Position numbers and translations under genes: made by a program | Notes under the pieces: generated by a model | Seen by the model: only the letters and a program-made list of their open reading frames with translations | The model's database searches: none | What the model was told of the DNA's origin: nothing | Shown here: positions 37,480 to 49,029 of the stretch, in pieces | Layout of the letters: every line of letters begins with the position of its first letter | Numbering within the stretch: position 1 is the first letter of the stretch | Origin: Anthoceros angustus | Taxonomy: Eukaryota; Plantae; Anthocerotophyta | Assembly: GCA_010909165.1 (NCBI GenBank) | Contig: VJWM01000118.1 | Coordinates: 832,470-896,469, forward strand | Reading direction: 5' to 3' | Length of the DNA: 64,000 nucleotides

Positions 37480-40400
37480 TAGCTACCTAGTTGAGGTCAG
37501 TCATGGATATGTAAGGGCTAGAGCAAAGGCTTTGAGGAACAAGTGGGACTCACTCTTTGAAAGAAAGAAGCAGGCAAGCTCAAAGCCTTGAGTTGAGAGA
37601 GGCAGAGAGCTAGCTAGTGAGCTTGTCATGGAATCAAGGGCGTGAACATAGGCCATGAGATAGCCGATTTCATCGTTGTATTCTTGCAATAAAGAGCAAC
37701 ACCTCGATGAGGTGGCTGCCGCGTTAGTGGACGGCGGGCTACTTGGAGCCTAGTGCGTGTTGAGAGGTTGAGAGCGCGAGAATCGTGCAAGTCTCTTGTG
37801 GAGTGAATTGGTGAGGTCCTAGACTGGAAGCACTTGTCGCCTTCACTTCTGTCGAGTGAGGGGTGTTACTCATTAGGGGTTTGAAGGTTACATTCCGCAA
37901 GAGCTCCTCGACATGATGGACGGAGGAGTGAAGGCCCATGCCAAGAATGGCTGGAAAACAGACAGCATCAAAGAGTGAAGTGGAGGCTCTTTGCGAAGAT
38001 TGTGTTGGGGTTGGTAAACTACCGGGACTTCTATTTCAGCACCAACTTCCTGCAATTTTGTGGAAGATTTCGAGGAGCCAAGCAGTTAGGGCACCATCAT
38101 GTATGAGGCCTACATCCACCGGAAAAGCTCCTCAAGCCAAATTCGTGGATGAGGAAGGGCCAAGGCCTTGCTACCTTAGCACCTATTTGGTGCATTTGTG
38201 GAAAGCGGAGGGCTTCTCACAAGCAAGGAGTTGGAAGATGCTTGGCATCCTTGAGATAATTCCATCTCAGCCCTTGGAAAGGCCTTTTGCCTTTTGCATT
38301 GAGGAAGGCGGTGGGGAGGTCGACCTCCACAAGCATGCTAGGAGCAAGGGTGGAGGATGTGGAGGCAACAAGGTTGCGGAGTGGGAATCTTTTCCCCAGG
38401 GCAAGAGGAGAGAGCGGCGGGAAGGCCGAATGGTAGTCTATGAGAGGAGGACTACGGGAGGGGTGGCAGCCCAAGGGTGGGGAGTCCCCACCATCTCGTT
38501 TGTGCCTAGCGGAGGCACCCGGACCTACCGGTGAGGCGCCTACGTGGGCGGACTACGTGGTGAGACCTACAGGTGGGGTGAGTGAGACTACCAGGTGGGG
38601 AGGCCTGCAGTGGGGGAGCACCTCGGTGGCAACCCTGCGGTAGGGAAGGGAAGAAGAAGCGTGAGGGCGCGCCGCCTCTACCGCTTGGAGGAAGAGGCGG
38701 ATGGGGCGGGTGAGGACCAGCGCCGTGATGGAGTCTGGGAGGCTGATTTTCAGCCAAGGGGGAATTGGGCCCTAGGAGACTTGTTGAGTGCTTGTGAAGC
38801 ACTCGGCCTGGTTGAAGGGGCTAGGGGAGCAGCCTCCTTGTGGGCATGCCGAGGAGAGTGAAAGCCCAAGACATGGCGGGAGGAAGGGGACTAAATGGCA
38901 ATTGGAGGCCATGGAGTCGACGAGAAGGCAGCCAAGTTGGAGAAGGTGGAGAAGCTCGGTGACCATGGATCGCGGAGAAGGTCCTGGAGGGAGGTTGTCA
39001 CAGCAGGAGAGAGCCATTGGGCGACAACCCAAAGGACTCATGGAGGCAGGCGGAGGCATTTTGCCCAATTAGAGCAAGAGCGAAGGGCAAAAGCAGAGGC
39101 TCTCGGAAGGGAAAGGTAGCGGTCCGGCAATGGGCCAGAGCAGTGCAAGCAGTGCAAGCCTTGGAGTTGAGAGAGCGAGAGAGCTAGCTAGTGAGCTTGT
39201 CATGGAATCAGAACAGCCATGAGATAGCCGATTTCATCGTTGTATTCTTGCAATAAAGAGCAACACCTCGATGAGGTGGCTGCAGTCGTTAGTGGACGCG
39301 GGCTACTGGAGCCTAGTCGTGGTTGAGAGGTTGAGAGCTGAGAATCGTGCAAGTCTCTTGTGGAGTGAATTGGTGAGGTCCTAGACCGCTGGGAAGGCAG
39401 CACTTGTCGCTTCCTTACTGGCTGCGTAGTGAGGGGTGTTACTCATTAGGGGGTTTGAAGGTTACATTCCGCAAGAGCTCCTCGACATGATGGACGGAGG
39501 AGTGAAGGCCCATGCCAAGAATGGCTGGAAAACAGAGAGCATCAAAGAGCTGAAGTGGAGGCTCTTTGCGAAGATTGTGTTGGGGTTGGTAAATTACCAG
39601 AGGACGTCCTATTTCAGCACCAACTTCCTGCAATTTTGTGGAAGATTTCGAGAGGAGCCAAGCCAGATTGGGGCACCATCATGTATGAGGCCTACATCCA
39701 CCACCGGGAAAAGCTCCTCAAGCCAAATTCGGTGGATGAGGAAGGGCCAAGGCCTGCTACCTTAGCACCTATTTGGTGCATTTGTGGAAACGGAAGGGGC
39801 TTCTCACAAGCAAGGAGTTGGAAGATGCTTGGCATCCTTGAGATAATCCATCTCCACCCTTGGAAAGGCCTTGCCTTTTGCCTTGAGGAAGACAGTGGGA
39901 GGTCAGACCTCCACAAGCATGCTAGGAGCAAGGGAGGAGGATGTGGAGGCAACAAGGTTGCCGGAGTGGGAATCTTTTCCCCCACAGGAGCAAGAAAGAG
40001 GAGAGGAACAGGAACCGGCCGAGGAAGGCCGAATGGTAGTCTATGAGAGGAGGACTACCACAGGAGGGGTGACAGCCCCAAGGGTGGGGGGAGTCCCCAC
40101 CATCTCGTTTGTGCCTAGGAGGCACCACTCGGGGGAGGCACCCACCAGGGTAGGCACCACCACTGGGAGCACCCCACCACGGTAGGTAGGCGCATCATGG
40201 GAGCACCACGCTGTAGGCAGCACCACGTAGGGAAGGGAAGGAGAAGACATGAGCGCCGCGGCGCGCCAGGCCGCCACTACCCGCGCTTGGAGGAAGGGGC
40301 GGATGGGGCGACGTGAGGGGACCCGGCCACCGTGATGGCCGGAGGCAAGGGAGCTGGAAATTTCCAAAGGGGCCACAGGGTAATTGGGACCCTAGGACTT

Positions 40401-43400
40401 TGAGTGCTTGTGAAGCACTCACCATGTGGATTTGAAGGGGCTAGGAGCTAGCAGCCTCCTTGTGGGCAAGAGGAAGTGAAAGCCCAAGACATGGCCAGAG
40501 GAAGGCAGGACCAAATGGCAATTGGAGGCCATGGAGTCCGACGAAGGCAGCAAGGAAGGTCAGAGAGAAGCTCGACCTGATCAAGCGCGGAGAAGGTCCT
40601 AGAGGGAAGGTTGTCACAGAGAGAGAGAGCCATTCGGCAACAACCCAAAGGGATTCATGGAGATGTATATGAGGAGCATTTTGCCCAATTAGAGCAAGAG
40701 CGAAAGGGCAAAACGGAGGCTAGGAAGGAGAAGGTGCGTCCAAAGAATGGACGCCAAGAGAGAGGTGTGATGGCTACCAAGCCATCAAAATCCGGGACAT
40801 GGGGAAGAGGGGACCGTCAATTTGGAAGAGGCGCTGGGAGGCTCAAGACCTGCAGAGTTGGGCCGAAAAGAGTGCTTGGCGGAGAGAGAGAGACTTGCCA
40901 AGCGGTGGCTGGAACAAAGGAGGTTCGAGGAGGAGCACCACAAGAAGGTGGTGCAGGATCTTTGGTAGTGAGAAGCGATTTTGGGCGGACTATGCCCTTG
41001 GCAAGATTGGCCAACCAGAAAAGCAAGGGAGGAGAATGTGACCCTCCATGTCAAGGTGGGAGAATTGACCACCTCAAGGGCCTACAAGGTAGGTGTGAGA
41101 TGGAGAGTGGCCACGGAGATTGATGATCTCCAAATGCAATATCATAGCTTGGGGCTCACCTCCACAATAGGATTTTGAAGGCCAACAATGATCTTGCGTT
41201 TGGCCAAGAGGAGGACATTGGGTCCTCATGATGATGGGAAGGAGCTGCAGTGCGGGAGGCCTCGATTTTGATGAGGCCATGAAATGGACTCAGGAATGAG
41301 GAGTCGGAGGTGGAGAGAGGGCGCGGGAGGCGAAGGATGGCGCGAGGAGCAAGGAGGGGACACCCTCACAGGTCACCCCACGGTGGTGACCACCTACCAT
41401 GATCTGCCCGGACTACGTGGTGAACTACCTCAGGTGATGCGCGGACTAGGGGTGCAGCTGCCAGCTGGGGAGTCGGGGCGCGGAGGCTGGCGAGGAAGAG
41501 CCGGGGGTGGTATACCCCTGAGGAAGAGGGGAGGTGGGACCGGAGGAGACAGGCAGGTCCGACCGTCGAGGAAGAAGGGGTGAGAAGTTCCCTCCCCCAC
41601 GGAAGGAAGGGCCGGAGAGGAAGAAAAGAGGCCGAGATTAGAAATCGCATGGTGGAATGGGGAGAAGACTCTTTGAAGATGCTCCATGATAGGTATGGAC
41701 AAATCAAAGGAGGCAAGAGCAAGGAATCTTGACCAACCTCAGATGGAGAAGGAAGAAAAGGTCGGACTACCATGGTAGGTAGTCGACCTACCCGATGATG
41801 CGGACTACCGGTGTCTTGATGAAGCGACCAGCGGAGGCTGGAGAAAGCGCTGGCGCGGAGGGGGCGCGATTCGGAGATGGAGGAATCAGCGCCGAGGAGA
41901 GGAAGAAGAGGTGTACTTGCCCACATTAGGAAGATGACAAGATGGGAAGGGCAAGAGCAAAAGGAGGCGAGGAGCCAATCCACAAGGACGTCGCCACAAG
42001 ATGAGACTAGAATGGTCAAAGACCATAAATGAGATGGAAGAAGAATTGCGGGACCCGGTCAATTTGGAAGAAGCGCTGGAGGCTCAAGACCTAAGGTGCA
42101 AGAGAGGCCGAAAAGAGTGCTTGGCGGAGAGGAGAGACTTGCTGCCCGGTGGCTGGAACAAAGGAGGTTCCAGAGGAGGAGCACCACAAGAAGGTGGTGC
42201 AGGATCTTGGTAGTGAGGAAGCAGATTTTGGGCGGTATGCCCTTCAGCAAAGATGGCCAACCAAAAAGAGGAGGAGAATGTGACCCTCCATGTCAAGGTG
42301 GGAGAATTGACCACCTCAAGGATGCCTACAAGGTAGGTGTGAGGATGGAGAGTGGCCACGGAGATTGATGATCTCCAAATGCAATATCATAGCTTGGGGC
42401 TCACCTCCAGGATTTTGAAGGAAGGAGGATCTTACGGTTGGCCAAGAGGAGGACATTGGGTCCTCATGATGATGGGAAGGAGCTGCAGTGCGGGAGGCCT
42501 CGATTTTGATGAGGCCATGAAATGGACTCAGGAATGAGGAGTCGGAGGTGGAGAGAGGGCGCGGGAGGCGAAGGATGGCGCGAGGAGCAAGGAGGGGACA
42601 CCCTCACAGGTCACCCCACGGTGGTGACCACCTACCATGATCTGCCCGGACTACGTGGTGAACTACCTCAGGTGATGCGCGGACTAGGGGTGCAGCTGCC
42701 AGCTGGGGAGTCGGGGCGCGGAGGCTGGCGAGGAAGAGCCGGGGGTGGTATACCCCTGAGGAAGAGGGGAGGTGGGACCGGAGGAGACAGGCAGGTCCGA
42801 CCGTCGAGGAAGAAGGGGTGAGAAGTTCCCTCCCCCACGGAAGGAAGGGCCGGAGAGGAAGAAAAGAGGCCGAGATTAGAAATCGCATGGTGGAATGGGG
42901 AGAAGACTCTTTGAAGATGCTCCATGATAGGTATGGACAAATCAAAGGAGGTTCCAGAGGAGGAGCACCACAAGAAGGTGGTGCAGGATCTTGGTAGTGA
43001 GGAAGCAGATTTTGGGCGGTATGCCCTTCAGCAAAGATGGCCAACCAAAAAGAGGAGGAGAATGTGACCCTCCATGTCAAGGTGGGAGAATTGACCACCT
43101 CAAGGATGCCTACAAGGTAGGTGTGAGGATGGAGAGTGGCCACGGAGATTGATGATCTCCAAATGCAATATCATAGCTTGGGGCTCACCTCCAGGATTTT
43201 GAAGGAAGGAGGATCTTACGGTTGGCCAAGAGGAGGACATTGGGTCCTCATGATGATGATGAAGGAGCTGCAGTGAGTGCGGCGAGGCCTCGACTTTGAT
43301 GAGGCTACAAGTGACATGGACTCAGGAATGAGGGGTCGGAGGTGGAGAAGAGGCGGCCGAGGCAAGGTGGCGAGGGCAGGAGGAGGGGACAGCCCGCCCT

Positions 43401-44450
43401 CACGGTCACCCTACCATGGTGGTGACCACCTACCACGGGTCTGCCCGGACTGGTGAACCTCACCTCTGGTGCGGACTAGGGTGCAACAGTGAGGGGCTTC
43501 TGGGGAGTCGGGGCGGAGGCTGGCTGTGAGGAGCCGGGGGTGGTGACCACCCTGGGAATAGAAGAGGAGGTGGGAAACCCCGGGAGGGGACAGGATCCGT
43601 CGAGAAGGAAGAAGGGGTGAAGTTCCCTCACGAGCAAGGGAAGGGCGAGCCGAGAGAGGGCCCAGCGAAGGCCGGAAGTTAGAAATCGCATGGTGGCAAA
43701 TTGGGGATGAAGACTCTTTGAAGATGCTCTATGGTGGTATGGACAAATCAAGCAGGAAAGAGCAATGGAGATCTTGACCAACCTCAGATGGAGAAGGAAG
43801 AAAAGGTCGGACTACCATGGTAGGTAGTCGACCTACCCGATGATGCGGACTAGGGTGGGAACAACAGAGCGCGGGGCTTGTGAGGGGTCGGGGCCGGCTG
43901 GGGGGGAGCCGGTGGTGACACCTGCGGAATAGAAGAGGAGGTGGGAGACAACCCACGGAGGAGAGACGGATGACCCGTCGAGAAGGGGGTGAAGTTCCCT
44001 CCCCCACGGAAGGAAGGGCGGAGCCGGAGAGGGCAGATGAAAAGGCCGGAAGGATTAGAAGATCATGGTGGCAAATGGGGATGAAGACTCTTTGAGGCTC
44101 ATGATAGGTATGGACAAATCAAGCGAGGCAAAGATGGAGATCTTGACCGAAGCCCTCAGATGGAGAAGAAGGAGAAAAGGCGACTACCATGGTAGGTGCC
44201 TACCCGATGGTCTGCCGGACTACAGCGGTGAGGCGATGAGCAGTGCGACCAGCGGTGGAAAAAGGCGCTGGCGCGAGGGCGGAGATGGAGGAATCAGCGC
44301 CGAGGAGAGGAAGAAGAGGTGTACTTGCCCACATTAGGAAGATGACAAGATGGGAAGGGCAAGAGCAAAAGGAGGCGAGGCCAATCCACAAGGACGTCGC
44401 CACAAGATGAGACTAGAATGGTCAAAGACCATAAATGAGATGGAAGAATA
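37480..44450 (+). repeat. Complex of degenerate and near-identical repeated blocks, probably retroelement-derived
   Basis: Block about 37480-39120 is repeated at about 39150-40750. A purine-rich block recurs with a 1238-bp period (41284 and 42522 give identical ORFs) and a 784-bp jump (42168 to 42952), with degenerate copies to 44450. The first blocks carry a frameshifted ORF, KNGWKTESIKELKWRLFAKIVLGLVNYQRTSYF...DWGTIMYEAYIHHREKL..CYLSTYLVHLW. Confidence 0.7.
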
Positions 44451-46119
44451 GAAGGAGGTGGTGGTGACATCCTTTAAGGATGATCTTAGGTGAAGTTGCT
44501 AGAATAGAATTTACCAACTAGGACAATAGACTTAGATGCGGACATTAAATCTTTGGCGGTAGGAAATAATAGAAATTGGAAAAGGTGACTGCGGTAGGGT
44601 CACCTAAGGAGGTTGTATGTGGAAGGCCTCCTATAAGAGGAGGAGGATTTCACAAAGTAAAGTATCATGTCTTGCGCTTCCACTCAAGTCCTTTGCCATT
44701 GAGGAATTTCGTGCTGTGAGCCAACGTGTCTGGTAGAGAGGAAGTCGCGGTGGTCGGAGTGCTTGGTGGAGGACTTGCTCAGCAAGTGCCTAAGCAGTTG
44801 CTCCCCTTGTGAATGGTTCTTTGTGAAATTGCTTTGCTTTGGGTGTGTGGCAATGCCGGGGAACTCTCGGCTTGAGGTAGACTCAGGAAAGACTCACGGA
44901 GGTTCTCGGCAGTGTCAAACTCATAGCAAGCCCAAGGAAGAACTTCTTTGGTGGAGGCCAGGCGGTTGTGCCGTAAGGGCGAGTCAAGCAGAAGCCCGAG
45001 GTTAGAATAGGAGGAAGAGGATGAGGAGATGAGTAGAGGATTAGAGGTGTAGGTGTTAGTGGAAGGCCACAGGAGCCTAAGGGGCCAGATCCCAAATGCA
45101 AGTAAAGGCGCTCACAGGTGGAGAAGAGTGGTCTTAAGTAGGGACGAAATCGCGGTGTGGTCGGGGGTCCACAGGCGCCCGTGATAGGCTCCTCATTCTA
45201 AGGCGGGACACCTGGTGTGTTGTAGGTGTGGGTTGGGGGATTGGATTTTGAGCGGTGTGCAGTCTTTGTAGAGGAGAGTGAGGCGCCTTGCTTGTTTAGA
45301 AGGCTGAGAAGTTGTGTCTCTGCAGGTAGCGTTCGGTATCACAGGACCTCGAACTTTCACACAAGTCTCATGGGACGAAACCAACGTACGAAGCGACAGT
45401 GGGATAAGTGTGGCCGCTATAGTGGGAGGATCTCGGAAGCCCCGGGGTTTTCCCTACCACATAAGTCGTGCTTTGTTTCGGTAATTTTAATCTCAGCCTA
45501 TATATGTAGGGTATTGTGTTAGTGTAAAATCAAACCTTTGTGCCCAACTTACCGGAAACTTTAGAAGTTGTTGCACATGGACTTTCGTATCGCTCAATCT
45601 CAACAAGTCCTCCTTTGTTTCTAATTTTAGTCTCGTGCTATATATGTAGGGTTTCGTGACGTCAATATCATTGAACTGAGTTCCAAGTTGTAGCAAAATC
45701 TACAATTTGTTGTGCACTTGCTTGGGAACTTGGTGCGTAGAGATTATGGCATCGTGTGATGCTACGGCTCACATTTGAGACCCAAGTCGCAGCCGATGGG
45801 GGGCCCCGATATGGACACCTTAACATTGTGGGAGAACCTCCCCGACGACAGGGGCGGGTGTTGTCCTCTGCCAGTTGTGGCGCGTTTGTAACCGAACTAC
45901 TACACAAAGATAGGGTTTTTACGCATCCCAAATCACGGACAAGTCCCGTTATTTTGGTGTTATAAAATAATAACGCCGCACTCGAATATAACGCTCGAGG
46001 TGGGTGCGGGGCAATCGCATAATAACGTCTGCGCCTTCTCGTTCCGCCTATGTCACCGGAGCACCCGCCCCTCCACGCCCTTCACACGCTGTCCCACCGC
46101 CGCCTTTTTGTGCCGCCCC

Positions 46120-46495
46120 GCCCCTCGGTGCCTGCCCTGCCCCGAGCCTGCCCTGCCCGCCTTGGTGCCCGCCTTGGTGCCCGCCTTGGTGCCCGCCCCT
46201 CGGGGTCCCCTCAGCCTGCCCCTCGTGGCCCCTCGTGGCCCCTCGAGCCTGCCCCTCGTGGCCGCCCCGAGCCTGCCCCGAGCCTGCCCCTCGTGGCCGC
46301 CCCGAGCCCGCCCCGTGGCCGCCCCTCAGCCTGCCTCGAGCCTGCCCTCGTGGCCGCCCCTCGAGCCTGCCCCTGCGGGCCGCCCCTCGAGCCTGCCCCC
46401 GAGCCTGCCCCTCGTGGCTGCCCCTCGAGCCTCGAGCCCGCCCCTCGGTGCCTGCCTTGGTGCCCGCCCCGCCCACCCGCCCCGTGCCCGCCAAC
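46120..46495. repeat. GC-rich minisatellite/low-complexity array (GCCCCTCGAGCCT, GCCCCTCGTGGCC, CCCGCCTTGGTG motifs)
   Basis: The motifs are reiterated directly in the sequence; the overlapping Pro/Ala-rich ORFs are by-products. Confidence 0.85.
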
Positions 46496-46689
46496 CTGCT
46501 CATGTAAGATCTTTCCGAAGACCCTAAGATTCTAAGGCCATAAAGCATGGGTTGGGCAGAATATACTTTAGAATATACCACGGGTACTACCAGCATACTA
46601 CTCACTCCACAAACAAGTTCAGTATGTAATTTATTCATCTCGAACCATTTACAAATTCCGCAATTGACAAGTCCCATGTTTCACCAATG

Positions 46690-47115
46690 CCTCGAGGTAG
46701 CCGCCATGTGAATCGCCCGCAAGCCTAGGCTCCACCCGCTAGTGAGGCGTGCCGCGTCCACTACCACCATCTCACGTAACGTCTGCTCAAACAAGAATGC
46801 ATACGCCTTGCCGCCAATCGTACGAGCCTCATGCGGCTACCAACACAATGGCGGTGAAGCTCTCAAAGACCTCAAAACCAGCCTGCCTCGAGGTAGCCGC
46901 CATGTGAATCGCCTAAGCAAGCCTAGGCTCCACCCGCTGAGTGAAGTGGTACGATCCACTGCCACCGCCCCTGGCCCCTATTTGGCAACGTCCGCTGCTC
47001 AAACAAGAATGCATACGCCTTGCCGCCAATCGTACGAGCCTACTGCGGCTATAACTCTGATGTACGTCTTCGCAGCCAGTAGGCGGTGGGCTCTCGGCAC
47101 CTCAAAACCAGCCTG
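46690..47115. repeat. Imperfect ~195-bp direct duplication
   Basis: CCTCGAGGTAGCCGCCATGTGAATCGCC...CCTAGGCTCCACCCGCT and CTCAAACAAGAATGCATACGCCTTGCCGCCAATCGTACGAGCCT each occur twice. Confidence 0.8.
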
Positions 47116-47809
47116 CTCATTAGAAACAAAATCCGAGTAGCAGACAAAATCTTCACTGTCATTGTAAACGAAGGGCATGCGAGACAATGTGGTGATGCCA
47201 TGCTGCCTGTCAACATCCAAAGAAACAATCTTCAACGTGCCGACAACCTTGCAGGGTGCCCTTATGAATTCCCGGAGCGGCCGTGATGGCCCAGTCCACA
47301 GAACGAGGCGTTTTGGATCCCATGGTGGCCCGAAAGAGCGAACTTGAACTTTTGGGCCCCACCTGGTTAGCCTGAGGTGTAAGATATCTTGCTCAAGCTC
47401 CTTCAGCAGGCTTCCATCGCCCGCCAGGCCTCCAATCTGTCGCTGCCAAACTGATTCCCCGGTCTCGAACCCTCTCCAAATGCTGGCTCCAGATCTACAA
47501 CAAGGACATCGAACTTTTGGCCAAACAGAAGTGGGACAAAAACATCTTATCGACTGTGTCCCATCTCGTGCAATCGGGATGTTCGGGGAGGTGTCACCCC
47601 TCATAGCCTCGACCACGCCTCGCTACAAATTCACCTAGCTCCTTTGCTCGGTCTAGCATGCCGGCTCCTAGCCGCCTTGCACATCCAACCCACCACCTTC
47701 GGCCATTGCTTACATGGATTGTGGGGCGCAATGGCAAGGGGCCTGCATCATCATTGCTGAGGCGTGTGATGTGGCTGCTTTTCTCCATCAACTCTATGGC
47801 GGTCCCCTC

Positions 47810-48061
47810 TGACGATTTATAGAGATAATGCAGATTAATTAAATCAGATAAAATAATTACATCATTGATAATCAAGAAAAGAACCAAAGTGTTTATGAGA
47901 CTTGGACAACTTAACTAAAGCGAAAAGTCATGTCTTCGCTAAAGGTCGCAACCCTAATGAAAGGGTATATATAACTTAAGCTAAGTTATATGTGTGACTA
48001 ATAAGCTAACCCTAGGTTACTTAACATTATGATAACACCCTAAGTACTCATTACTTCATCA
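47810..48061 (-). repeat. Copia 3' LTR (252 bp)
   Basis: TG...CA termini, near-identical to 54179-54431; the PPT is adjacent at 48062-48070. Confidence 0.95.
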
Positions 48062-49029
48062 CTCCCACTTGTTGAATGCATGTTAAGTACACTCCTTCCT
48101 TGCGGTCCCTTGTGAGCGTGAGCGTCACTTGAGCTTCCTCCTTAGCGCCATTTTCGCTCGCGGGAGCAATGGAGCGTGAGGATGAGATGCCTCTCGCCAC
48201 GAGTGCTGGTATTTAACTGCCTTACGCTTCCTGCGCCTCATTTCAAGATTCCAACTTTGGAGGCGCTTGCGCTATGTCTTCTATCACAACACCATCGATG
48301 ATGCCTCGAAGGGCTCGGGCTTGTCGTGATCCCCTTGGTCGATTTTCAGCTAGAACACACCTCGAGAAGCCCGACTCGGCGTCTGCGCTAAAGGTCCCCG
48401 CCGCCTAGGCGTCCAAGAGGGAGGCCACCAGGGCGGCGTGGTAGAGGAAGGGGCAGGGGCACGAGTGCCACTGCGATGCCAGCTATGGGGGCTTCTTCTC
48501 GCGGTGCCCCACGAACTAACAGTTGTAAGATTGCTGATGCAGAGAGGAGGTTCGGCGAGGGTGAATATGCCTACTCAGTTGTGGCGATTCCACCTGCCAT
48601 TTTCCTTCCCTGCCATAAGAGAGTATGATGAAGAGACGAGAGTTGTGTGCCCGAAACATAAAACACCCGGGATCGCCACTATGGTATCGATGTCGGGTGA
48701 CCAGATACATACTTCGTGTGAAGGTCACCATGTGGAATACCACGCACACGCGATCGGCTTCTCTGATGGCGTTGATTTCCGCTTCTGTTGCTTTAGCCCC
48801 CTTTCGTTTATTGTGCTCCCACTACTTTGAGAAATTCTAACATCACTGCTGTTGCATCTTGTAGGGACCGACATCCAAAGGGAGGAACGTCTCGAACTGA
48901 AGGCATATCTTATCGTGAAAGGAAGAGACGTAGCCCTCTCGAAAGCTTCTCCACACAAGAGCCGGATTCGAGAATCCGAGGAAAATAACAACATTGATGA
49001 TTCGATGAAGCGAGCTTCAATCGGGATTA

